DNA of 64,000 nt from Eledone cirrhosa (taxonomy: Eukaryota). The position numbers were made by a program, and so were the translations under genes. The notes under the pieces were generated by a model. That model was not told where the DNA came from. It ran no database searches and saw only the letters and a list, made by a program, of their open reading frames with translations. Positions within the stretch are counted from its first letter, which is position 1. Each line of letters starts with the position of its first letter. Shown in pieces: positions 30,966 through 44,587 of the stretch. The stretch lies in contig OZ024745.1 of the NCBI GenBank assembly GCA_964016885.1, positions 106,020,001 through 106,084,000 of the forward strand, given 5' to 3'.

Positions 30966-31223
30966 TTCATTATTTTACGATTGTTAGAGAAGGTTGATTG
31001 ATCCTGATAAATCGATATAGGGACTGACCGATAATATTTATGTAATTTCATATTATTAGTCTCGATACTATAGATCTATCTCGCCGTGGTTAGTCAGAAA
31101 CAATGCCCGATAGATCGATAGTATAAAGACGCGTTATATAGAGTTACACAACTACTATCGATTAGTCACTATTTTGAATCATCATGATCTATCAACCTTC
31201 TGAAACGATCGTAAAACAATGAC
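30966..31223. mobile_element. Old, diverged fold-back cassette with hammerhead remnants
   Basis: Imperfect inverted arms (about 30966-31085 and 31105-31223). The plus arm has GAAAC-gatc-GTA-aaacaatg. The spacer reads CATTGTTT-CTGACTA on the minus strand. Confidence 0.55.
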
Positions 31224-31388
31224 TTAAACACTAATGCTATTGTTCACCACTATAGTCACCAACACTGCCACAACTATTACTACAACAGCCACCACACGTA
31301 GTGTAATGCATGTAGTGGTACTGGTGTTGATGATGGTGTTTTGTTTTTTGGTACTGGTGTCTTTGAATTACTGTTGCTTTGATGAGGT

Positions 31389-31428
<40 letters not shown>

Positions 31429-31669
31429 AACGACGTTATAAATAATTTATTTGGTGCTCTTTTCTAATTTGTTTTAATGTAAATATTCGTTAAATTAATT
31501 TAGACTTACTTTTACAGAGATTTTTATAGTTTGTGACTGCCTGCTATTGTTCACGCGGTTGATTCTGTTGTTACTCTTGTCGTTGTTTCTTTGCTTGTCA
31601 TTGTGGTTGTTTGTTTAACTGTTTGTGCATTTTACTGCGAATAGAAAAGATTTATCGGGGCATTTTCCT

Positions 31670-31774
31670 TTCTTCTTCTTCTTCTTCTTCTTCTTCTTCT
31701 TCTTCTTCTTCTTCTTCTTCTTCTTCTTCTTCTTCTTCTTCTTCTTCTTCTTCTTCTTCTTCTTCTTCTTCTTC
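31670..31774. repeat. (CTT)n microsatellite
   Basis: Directly visible. Confidence 0.95.
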
Positions 31775-32152
31775 TACGTGCAATTAGAAGACGTTTCTTA
31801 GTAGTCTATGACTGTGATATTCTGTGGTTAGCTTTGATCTCCTTGTCTAAGTGTATCGTCATACGCCAGGGAATGCTTGCTTTCTCATAGGAGGAAAAGA
31901 AACTGAGAAAGGGCTATTACAACAGTTTAAGCGTCATTTTGTGAAGGGTTTCCGTCCTAACTTAACCTAGGTGGTCTTCATCGCTACTCGGGAATTTTCT
32001 TGTTGGTTATTTAGTGTTTCATTTAATTTTTTTCTGTTGATTTCCGCTCCTTTTACTCGATATAAACCACACTTTGTATTGCAATTTGTTTTATTACATT
32101 GTAATTCGTATTGTTACTAGTGAAATATAGGCCCCTGTAGCCAATAAATCAT

Positions 32153-32360
32153 TGGTGAATTGGCAGTATTGGTAGGGAAGAGGCGGCGAATTGACAGACA
32201 CAATGCTTTACAGCATAGAGTTATGATCTGTTTACGTTCTGAGTTTAAATCCTGCCGAGGTTAACTTTGCCTTTCATCCTTATGGGGTCGATAAAATGAA
32301 ATACCAGTAATACACTGGTTAATTGCTGTCCTTGTGCTAAAAAGTAGAAACAATTATTAT
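32153..32360 (+). mobile_element. SINE family A with duplicated/rearranged head
   Basis: ggtgaattggcag...ggcgaattgacag, then B box and central domain. Confidence 0.8.
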
Positions 32361-33416
32361 AGAACTATTTAATGAGTGCATATATGTTTGTGTGACGTTG
32401 ACTAAGTATGTGGGAATGAGTTTTTATGTGCGTGTTTATTTAATGGTGTGTAGGTATGAATTTTGTCCAATATCTTGATAATTATATGCTCATCCTGTTG
32501 TGTGTGTATGCATACGATGATTATCTCTGCAATTCATTGGGTGTGTGTGTTTGTAAAGTAAATATGTAGTATGTTTATGCTTGAACACAAAGGATGTGTT
32601 GCTAGATGCCATTCTATTTGTATGTGGCTGTGCGTATTTATAAAATTTATATCTGTTAACCATATTGATATATGAATAGTTTATACCCCTCTTCCTTTCC
32701 TTCTCTGTGCTTAAGTTTTTGAAGTTTAGTGCGTGTATGTATATACGCGTGATCTAGACTGCATGTGACCTTCTTTATATAAGTGTGTATGTGATTCTTT
32801 TCGAATGTGTTTGATATATTCCCAATGTGGTGCCGATTGCTTCTGCTGTTGACAATGATTAGGGTGATGATTGTTGCGATATTGCTGATGATATGATTCA
32901 GATAATGACTTAGGAAAACAATTTTTTTTCTATTTTTTCTCTCATTAGTGTGTTATTGTTCTTGGTATTTTTGCATTGCGTACATTGTTATTGCCTTTGA
33001 ATGTCTTATTGTGATATTGTTGTTATTATTGTTATTGTTTTTTTGTGTTATATTATCATTGTTATTTTGTGGTTGGTGTTGGTATTGAATAACTGTTATT
33101 GGGTTTTGGGAATATTGTATTATAAGTGTTACTTTATTATATTTACTGTGTTATTGTGTTATTTATATTGTTATTGATAATGTTTTATATTGGTTCTCTA
33201 TATTGCACTATTATGTTGTTATTCCTAATATTGTGTTATTATGTTATGGTGTTATGGGTTTTATTATTAGTTTTGTTATTGGTCATGTTTTATGCGGTTG
33301 TTCCTGTTGTGTTGTCATGTTTCTTGTTCTCCTGTTGTGTTACTGTTGTCGGTATTGCAATATTGTTCTTGACATTGTGTGTTCCTTCTTGTTATTTTGG
33401 CACTATTATTGTTATT

Positions 33417-33843
33417 GCCGTGGCGGTAGATTGATAGAATCTTTAGCGTGTCGGAGAAAATGTTTTGGCAGCATTTATTCCTGCTCCTTACGTCGTCAGT
33501 TCAGATCCCGCCAAGGTCTACTTTGCGTTTTATCCTTTCGAGGTTAATAAAATAAAGCATCACTAATGCACTGGGTTCGGTTTCATCGAATTTCCCCTCC
33601 TAGAAAATTGTTGGCCTTGTGTCTAAATCAGAAACCATTATTATTGTTATTGCGGTGAATTGGCAGTATCGGTAGAGGGTTGGACGCCATTCTTTCTAGC
33701 ACAGTTACATCCGTTTACGTTCTGAGTTCAAATCCCGTCGAGGTTAACTTTGCCTTTCATCCTTACGGGGTCGATAAAATAAAGTACCAGTAATGTACTG
33801 TGTATTTGCTGGCCTTGTGCTAAAAGTAGAAACAATTATTATT
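33417..33843 (+). mobile_element. Two tandem SINEs: older long variant (33417-33645) and family A (33651-33843)
   Basis: Both carry the ctttgc.ttt.atcctt..g.ggt..ataaaataaag domain. The first has an extra ~30-nt segment before the tail. Confidence 0.8.
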
Positions 33844-34106
33844 CTTATTGCCATTGAGAGTGTGATACTTGTACTGTATTATTGTACTAATAATATAAAC
33901 ACTTCATTGTGAATGACAACGGTCGTAATGTGTTATAAATAATGGGATGCTGCTATCTCATGTTATGATATGGCTAAAACAAACATAACACGGTCATCAG
34001 AAAATCAGTTCTTTGCAAAATGCGAATTTGGTAATCGACGAGAGACACTTACAGCGATTCTACTTTATTCGTCAAATTTTGTAATGTGTCAAACATATGT
34101 TGTTAC

Positions 34107-34189
<83 letters not shown>

Positions 34190-34345
34190 CTTACTATATG
34201 TTGGTTGTATACCAACACCCCAGTATGAAGATTGGAACACTCGACGAAGTGCGCAGGTTGGTTTGGTTACTCCGGAGTAATGTAAAATAAAATAAAATAA
34301 AATAAAATAAATAAGTCAAATATTTAAAATTTGGCTTCGTTTATT

Positions 34346-34400
34346 ACTGCTATATATATTTCGGTGACAGCCATCTTTGGCTGTGACCTCTTCAGGCAGT
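34346..34400 (-). ncRNA. Type I hammerhead ribozyme
   Basis: ACTGC-CTGAAGA-GGT-c-ACAGCCA-aaga-TGGCTGT-c-ACC-GAAAT-atat-ATA-GCAGT, followed by AATAAA and a tail ending in (TA)n at 34187. Confidence 0.85.
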
Positions 34401-34831
34401 CCGAATTAGTGTGGTAGAGACGAGTACACATGTTGTTGAGGTGTTTAACTTTGTCAATACTCTGATATGCCCAGTTCCTGGTTGGGTTGTTATTTCACTG
34501 AGGAACTGGAATCATATGAATTTAAACAAACGAATTTCAGTGTCAAAGGACATCCTCTCCTCCCGTTGGTCAATTGTTAGAACATTACTCATTCAAAAGT
34601 CTATAGAAATTCGTTCTGAGGCGAGGCAATATGTAGTGGTTGTTTTTGTTATTGTTAAGTACATCTGACCTCTACTCTTATGTTGGTAGTGGTGTTGGTG
34701 TTGGAGTCAGCTTAATTCCAGCTGCTGCTGATTTTAGATGGATCTGTGTGTGTGTGTGTGTTGGCATCTATCCTGCCACCATATATCACATAAGGAACGG
34801 AGAATCAGTGGTGCGACGAATAAGATTTATA

Positions 34832-34928
34832 AGATATATTACAATCGTTTCTCCGGCGACCAGCTCGAGGTACGATCGATGCAATGATCAAACCTGAATC
34901 TGAAATCGCAAGATCCTCAGATATGTCT
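34832..34928 (-). ncRNA. Type I hammerhead ribozyme
   Basis: AGACATAT-CTGAGGA-TCTtGCGAT...GTCGCcGGA-GAAAC-gatt-GTA-ATATATCT. Confidence 0.75.
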
Positions 34929-35633
34929 CGATACTACGAAGCAGAATTTCCAAATGCCTAGTTACACCCTCTGCCTTCGTTCGGCAGCTTATATCCTGTT
35001 GTTTTCATTCTGTGACTAAGAATTGTACACGACATCGGTATTTTTGGCCATTCACGGCCGTCGTATGTCTGATTCCTTTCAATTTACCACCTGTCAATCA
35101 ATGTTGTTTCTTATATGGGGATTACTACTTTAGTGGGTAAGGGGTTGTATGATTGAACCGGTCACGTCTTGTCGCAGCCCTGATGGCCTGTAGGCTCCCA
35201 TACCCATATCCATGTATCGCGCAGGGGTGTTAGGTATGGGCACTCATACAGCCACACCAATCAGATACACACTCGCAACTGTCTCATATGCGACAATCAC
35301 AGTAAATATTAAATATTAAATGTGTATCGAATACTTAGAAAGAAAAAAAATTTAGAAAAACATTTAAAAATAAATAAAAAAAAACATAAAAAAACATTTA
35401 AAGTATATATATATAGTGAAAAGTTGGACGGGAACAAAAACAGAGAGGCAGACAAATAAAGGTTTATTAGGTACATATATATATATATATACATATAAAG
35501 ACTTGAAAACTCTTTTCCTACTACACGTAAATCAGATGTAAATCTACTATCTTCATGGTAGAGTATGCTTTCTTGAAGTTTTTTAATGCACTATAGTTCC
35601 TGTGATATGTGACTATAAGGATATATATATATG

Positions 35634-35684
<51 letters not shown>

Positions 35685-35880
35685 AATTCCACACACATAC
35701 ACACACACAAGGCTTTCAAAATGTTTATCTATAAACATGCCGTATGTCGCCTGATGGTACAACTTTACGTATTTCATATACAAAGCTATGTTAGAGTTAA
35801 TGCTCACACACACACACTCACACATAGACACACACACACATACACACGTACACACACATACACACACACACACACACACA

Positions 35881-35945
<65 letters not shown>

Positions 35946-36068
35946 TATTTTCCGTAGTGTTGTAAATTCTTACTGCTATCAAAAAACCACTCCCTCAACT
36001 ATTCTTCTAACAACTTCACCCCTCCCTCCTAATATTCTCTATAAAAACCAAACAGGTCCCCAATAAAA

Positions 36069-36189
36069 TTATTCTGATGAAATGACAGTTGATAATAACA
36101 TTGAAATATTGAATGTCTGCATAACTAATACTTTGTAGATAGCAGCTGTTTTCAGGTTATGTAACTGTTATTGAAACACGTGTCAATAA
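36069..36189 (+). ncRNA. Type I hammerhead in a 285-bp insert (35943-36228) between (TA)n tracts
   Basis: TTATT-CTGATGA-AATGACAGTT...AACTGTTATT-GAAAC-acgt-GTC-AATAA. Palindromic ACACGTGT stem III, GUC triplet. Confidence 0.85.
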
Positions 36190-36264
36190 ATTCCTTTTGA
36201 ATAAACTGTATCCATTTAAATCCTTCTATATATATATATATCTATATATATATATATATACCAC

Positions 36265-36310
<46 letters not shown>

Positions 36311-36973
36311 GTGATGGTATACATTTCTTTCTGCATCTGATATATTAACGGAATGCGTTATTCTGTATATATATATTTGATGCAGGTTACATGAGGAGTA
36401 ATAACTGACCAATTTAATAACTGTCACTAATACTAACATCATCCAAGCGATTATTATATAAAGAGAACATTATAATTTGATATACCGAAATATGACATTG
36501 CACCCCATTTATGGTGTCAAATTTAGATTGTGTTATCATATTATAAAAGGGTACAATAATACACGGAACATTTGAAAGTTGCTGCATTATAAAATCAGAT
36601 CAGCTCGTAATTATTTCATAATTTGATATTAAATGATAAGCAAATTATAAAATATCATCTACATTGATTCAAAAATTTGATATTTACTGTTTGATTAATG
36701 TATTTATCCATTACAGATTTGTTTGAGGAACTGAGCCATTTTTTGATCATTGATTATAGAGAACCTCTCATTTCAACATTTTTCTCCAATTAATCATTAG
36801 TTACCAATAAAAATTGATGTGATATATATGTAGAACTTTAAAATGTATTTCCAATACATTTCCAAAGGCAGCCAAGCTACACATTCAATGATAGATATAA
36901 TATTCCGTTTATTCATATTACAATGATCTGCTTTATATATCCCATGATTTATAATATGTTTATATATTTTCAG

Positions 36974-37744
36974 GTTGCATTTCGGTATCAGTATCGGATT
37001 TGGACAGAATGGAAATGCCGTAACCAGACTGTGCAAATAAAAAGTGTCTCTGAAGAAAAAAGGAACCTCCCTGAAATCATTGCCAATCGCAACAGCAACG
37101 CTCTTCCCCCAAGTGATATACCAGGTGGCCTGAACACAAGCCTGCCTCTCTGGTGTACACTGAGCAGCCAGACAGTCCTGCCCCACGGTCGACAGACAGA
37201 CCGAATCCCGTCGCCGCCGGACGTTTTGCCTGTGCCTCCACCTCCCTCACCACCCTCACCACCTCCCCAGCCTCCGTCTCCACCACCACCGCCGACGCCC
37301 CAACTGCCGACTATGCCTCCTTCATCCTTGCCAACAGCGAGCACGGTTGCAACTACAACCACCGTGAAAAATACCCCTAGCCGACTCATGACACCGTCCC
37401 CGAAAATGAGGGACTTGGAATGCCCCCAACAGTGGAGAATATCACCTCCGCAATGCGGTCCGGATCCAAATGACTCTGTCACAACTCGGAGGATGTCATC
37501 ACAGTGTGGTGGTGAAACCTACGACTCCGTACCACACTGGAGATTATCCCCACAGTTTACTGGAGCAGATCCAAAAGAACAAATTCCGCCATATTGGAGG
37601 CTGTCACCACAGTGCAGAGCTGAGCCGAAAGAGTCAGCTACACAGAATAATTACGAACTAAGACTTTGGCAGCAAAATCCAGATCGAACTTGCCTTGACC
37701 AAACTGGACAGAAAGAACATATATTAAATAATCAATCTATTTGA
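36974..37744 (+). CDS. MARCHF2/3-like: Terminal coding exon of a MARCH2/MARCH3-like RING-CH E3 ubiquitin ligase with extended Pro-rich tail
   Basis: Splice acceptor ttttcag|GTT, phase 0. VAFRYQYRIWTEWKCRNQTVQIK aligns with the post-TM2 segment of vertebrate MARCH2 ([23 protein letters not shown], recalled). 256 open codons with raised GC. Upstream exons were not found in the window. Confidence 0.8.
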   Translation, partial: VAFRYQYRIWTEWKCRNQTVQIKSVSEEKRNLPEIIANRNSNALPPSDIPGGLNTSLPLWCTLSSQTVLPHGRQTDRIPSPPDVLPVPPPPSPPSPPPQPPSPPPPPTPQLPTMPPSSLPTASTVATTTTVKNTPSRLMTPSPKMRDLECPQQWRISPPQCGPDPNDSVTTRRMSSQCGGETYDSVPHWRLSPQFTGADPKEQIPPYWRLSPQCRAEPKESATQNNYELRLWQQNPDRTCLDQTGQKEHILNNQSI

Positions 37745-37798
37745 CATTAAGTATATTTGTCAGTCAATATTTATAAATATGTAAACATTCGTCTGCGG

Positions 37799-38330
<532 letters not shown>

Positions 38331-38433
38331 ATATAATGGAACAAGGATCAGTGATGCATCATATACATATTTAATTACATATTACATATGTTTCACTGAC
38401 AATACATGTATAAATATGTGTATATATGCATAT

Positions 38434-38513
<80 letters not shown>

Positions 38514-38584
38514 GGTTTAAATAACATTTATAATATATAATATAATATATCTATATAGAATACATTTATATATATGTTTATATA

Positions 38585-38647
<63 letters not shown>

Positions 38648-38794
38648 ATGTGTGTGTGTGTGTATGTGTGTATGTATATGCACTCTGCAGGCGTTACATA
38701 CACATGCATCACAGCATAATCTACCTGTGCTCGCCATATAGTGCTATACTCACATACATACTGTCATTGCAAGTATGGATAAGTATAAATATTT

Positions 38795-38900
38795 TACAAT
38801 TATTATTTTTAATATTATTACTATTATTATTATTATTTATTATTATTATTATTATTATTAATTTCATTATTATTATTACTATTACTATTATTACTATTAC

Positions 38901-38951
<51 letters not shown>

Positions 38952-39800
38952 CACTAAAACATAATATTATTGATTATAGTAATATCAAGCAACAGAATAT
39001 ACACATAAATACAAGTTTAACAACTGTATCTATCATATTGATGATGTTAATGAGGAGGATATCTGTGATGTTGCTGGCTGGTGATGATGATGGTGATGAT
39101 GATGATGAAGTTGGTGATGATGATGATGATGATGATGTTGAAGGCAATGATGATGGTGATGGATCTGGTGAGGTTGATGTGAAGCATTCTGACGATGATT
39201 GATATGGTGATGGTGTGTGGTGCTGATAATCAACTGTAAAAGAAATTGTTGAAAAGACAACAAAGATGGCTGATGTAGTGATAGATAGGTGGTGGTGTCC
39301 TTCTATTTGGTGCTCCTTGGAGGAGATTCAATGTCCACAGCCCATCTAGGCTCTCCAGCATTGAAATTATATTTTTAAAAAATCAAAATTCTGACTGTAT
39401 TAGTGGGAATAGATTGTTTGTATATGGTAATGGTGATAATGATGCTGAAGATGATGGTGAGTTTGGTGATGGTAATGGTGGTGGTGGTGGTGGTGGTGAT
39501 GGTAGTGATGATGGTGAATGTGATAATTTGGTATCAATACTGGTTGTGAAATACTTGCTGATGATGAGGAGAGTGATGATAATGATGATGAGGGTGGTGA
39601 TGGTGATGATGGTGATGGTGATGTTAGTGATAACAATGTTGATAATGGTGGTAGTGAAGAAGATGAAGATGGTTTTATTGGTGGTGATGATGATGGTGAT
39701 GATAATTATGATGATGATGATGATGATGGTGATGGTGACGATATTAATTGCTATGCGGATGATTCTGTAGATGATGATGATGATAGCAATCATTATAAAC
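38795..39800. repeat. (ATT)n and degenerate (GAT/GGT)n low-complexity tracts
   Basis: Directly visible. Source of the poly-Ile, poly-His and poly-Met ORFs. Confidence 0.9.
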
Positions 39801-40767
39801 ATCAATATCGTCATCTGGAAATGGAGGAAGATGTGGAGGAGTTTGAAGCGTTATGTAAAATGAAACTGCTATGATGTGCACGATATGAGAAATATGATAC
39901 AAGGTTGGCATGGTGTGTTGGACGAGGGAGTGACGAATGGTGTCGTGGTAATGTTGGGCATGTGGTGATGTTTGGAGTTCTCATCTAAGGTACGATGCTA
40001 CTGGATAAGTAACGGGGACCACGAAACATGCTGATAAACAGTTATAGCCCGTAGTGATGATGATGTTTCTCTGACCAAATGCATGGAATATGAAAATGAT
40101 GTTATTGTTACGGATGGGTGTTGGTGGAACCATAGTACCAGTGGCTCTAGTGTTGATGGTAGTTGTGATTTTGGAAGAAATGTTTAATTTAAAGAAAAAT
40201 AATAAGATAAAATGGTGATTTCCTATGCTAAAGTACATTTGTTAATACAATCAGGTTTATTTCATGGTACAATATGTGATATCTGTTAAGGTGTGTGAAA
40301 TATTCATTTTGTCAATCACACTCTTATAGCATTTTGCCTTTGTTTGAGAATCTGTGAAGATAAATTCGCCGAAATGTCTGACGTAACGAGTATATATCTC
40401 ACTTGTCTTAATAGAATGTATTATAGCTGCAATATGAAACCAACTGGCTTAAACGAGACACAACATTTCTCTAAATATTTTAACATGTTTATTTCATTTC
40501 CTCATAAATATGGCATAATAAAACATTATTAATAATTCTGTAAGAAAGGCTCAAAGCATTATTCATATACTGTAAAAGCAAAATTAAAAAAAGAAAACTA
40601 TCGAAAGAAAATTTTTAAATCGATAATTTTAATAATACCACATTAAAAACTACATCAACAAAATCTACCGCAGTAACAACTCGAACAGGTTCCATTAAAT
40701 ATATATATCAATGCAGAAACTGCACTGCCCAGCTTAACAATAATCATAGATAATAAAATATAAAATG

Positions 40768-40813
<46 letters not shown>

Positions 40814-42336
40814 AACAGTAACAACAAATGCAACAGTATGCATTGCAGTAGCAAGCTTTCATTGTTAATTAGGGGCAGCTGTAAAATGCTGCCCTGCTTA
40901 ATACCACTTCCTGGTTCTTTGGTGCCTTAATCGGAGTTCATTCTGTTGCATGCTTTTGAACCGGATCTCCCCCTGCTCCGCACAGACGTGTTGGTTTTCT
41001 TTTCCTGCAGAAGTATATTGTTTCAGCCACATATATTGTCCATATTCCGAAGTTCCTGCAGTGGCTCTAGATGTTACACCTCTCGTCCTTTGACTATATA
41101 TGTTAATAAAGAAGCTTTGATATGTACCAATTTAAATAACAGCTAAATTAGTGTGCAAGTGTTCAACTAACTCAAACTAAACTTTATGAAAAATGTTATG
41201 ACAGTCTACTTTAATTCCAAAATGATCTCATATTTCGATCAACTCTTTGGTCTAGGATGTTCAACCTAAACTGATATGTCTACGAGTTTATATCTGCATA
41301 TGTACGTAGTTGTTGTTACGTCAGTGCGTTATCTCTTACAATATGGCAGGCTGGAATTATCTTCTAAATATGGTTTGCTAAAATAGGTAATAAACATTAA
41401 CAACAATACAAATACCACCAATATTAAGAACAACAATATAAACACCAGCGCTAACATGGACACCGACGCCAATATAACAATCACCAACACCAATAACAAT
41501 AACGACAGTACCATCAACACTAGTGTAACCAACACCAAAAATAACAGCAATTTCACTACCAACAGCACTGCCGTCTGTATACTCTACTCCCTCCTCTCTC
41601 AAAAGATTAGGCCTTGTGCACAATGGCAGAAGCGTAGAACGCTGAGACTAGATGTCTTACAATATATAGTGTCATCCCTCTACGTTCCGATTTCAAATCC
41701 TGCCAGGTTTGTCTATGTCTTTCATACCTCTGGGGGTCAATATAATAATACACCGTTTGTTCTGCTGAGGTCAATTCAATCGACTATACCACTCCCATAC
41801 CTATTTGTGGTTTTGTGCCAGTTTACGAAAGCATTCTTATTGAGAAAATCAATTGTTTTTTTGATAAGATACCAGACAAGGTTGTGAGTTTGTATACTAC
41901 ACCATTCCCTGTATTGTGTATCCTTGAGCAAGACAATTATCTCAACTTGCCCATGTTTTCATGCCAAAGTATAATAAATTATTATAATTACTATTGCTGT
42001 TGTTTATTGATGACGTAATTATTATTGTTGATAATGATGTTTCTTTTCTAGTATCCAGATTTGGTAAATACAAGAGTCACACTCAGTGGTTTGATTAGTA
42101 ACGATGAGTCTTGGCTCATCGTTAACTCTAGTAGTGATTGGCAAGTTACCTAAAACAATAGGTTATCAAGATGTATCTTTAAGAACGTAAACAGCCGCAC
42201 CGACATCAGGTCACTCCCAGAGTCGTCTCTCTCTCGTAGTAATAATAGAAAGTCAAACTTCTACAATTTTCACAAGAATGGACATTGAAAAACAGACAAC
42301 GTGAATAGAATGTAGCGGACTGTATTATAGGTATTA

Positions 42337-43244
<908 letters not shown>

Positions 43245-44393
43245 TAGTCAGCAGTAAAAACAGAACCAGTTGTCGGCGTTACTGTTTCTATAGCTCCAGT
43301 AGTTGCATTAACGATCGCATCTCCAAGAATAATAAAAGATATTACGCTAACCTACTATCTGGCGAATATAAGAGCGGGTACAGAGTTTACTGGAGTCGCA
43401 AAGTCTCAAGGAGTGTGTAAGGAACACAAAAGAATAAAAGCAGTCCATAAACGAAAGCAAGGCAATAGGAATTTCATGGTCGTGTGAAGCCCCAATACGC
43501 CTGTAATACAAAGAGGTCAATAGGGAGGACTTACTGGTTAAGAAGATATGACTGGAATAGGTCAAAATGCGCGTACGTGATCACAATAATCTATCATCTC
43601 AAGAAAGCGCAACGCTTGAGAAAGATGAAGTTGCTACATTCCTCGTCTAACGCAGAAAATACCCACAGAGCGGTACCCCAGCATGGTCTCAGCCGGATGG
43701 CTGGAACAGGTAAAAGAGTAAAGGAGTAGAGCACCGTTGGTGAATTAGGAACCAATACTTGAAGTGTTAAATGGGCAAAGTCGTGGGGTGCTGTGAACCA
43801 ACATATCTGAGTGGCTTGGTCTTATGTTATATTTGCATTTATTCAATGATATTTATTGAAAATATCTTGAGGTATCTTTTCCGTGTTTTCTGAGTTCAAA
43901 TATTGCTTAAATCAAACTTATTTTTCATCGTTCTTCGCGGCGTCGATAAAATAAAATACCAGTTCAGTGCAGCTCGATGTATTGACGGAATTGTAAGAGC
44001 GGCGGATGAGATGTCTCGCGGTATTTTTTCTAGCTCGTGTAATTCTGAATTCGAATAACACTCTTGTCTATGTGAGGGATAATCCTAATTTGTCGCCTGG
44101 TTAAACACCAACCCATGGCTTCTGAATGCCTTTAGTGGAGTCCACTCAGTTGCAAGCTTGTGAGCCAAGCAAGAAAGCCTTGAAGACGTCATTAAAATAT
44201 ATATATATCCATATATTTATCTATTCTATGTGTTTTGTATCAAATTGCTAGAGTCTTTATAAATATCATGAGACGTTTTCCCCAACACCGTTTTTTACAA
44301 TATATAACTATGTTTGCACAACATCACACATCATGTAACTCTTTGATAACAGGGCATAGTATAAATGCACAAAGGATGCGAATAATGGAATAT

Positions 44394-44587
44394 AATAATT
44401 GTTTCTACATTTTGGCACAAGGCCAGCAAATACCCAGTGCATTACTGGTACTTTATTTTATCGACCCCATAAGGATGAAAGGCAAAGTCAACCTCAGAGG
44501 GATTTGAACTCAGAATGGCAAGGGCCGTAACTCTATGCGTCAAAGCATGGCGTCCGACCCTCTACCGATACTGCCAATCCACCGCTC
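44394..44587 (-). mobile_element. SINE family A, full length
   Basis: Reverse complement of the family consensus. Confidence 0.9.
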
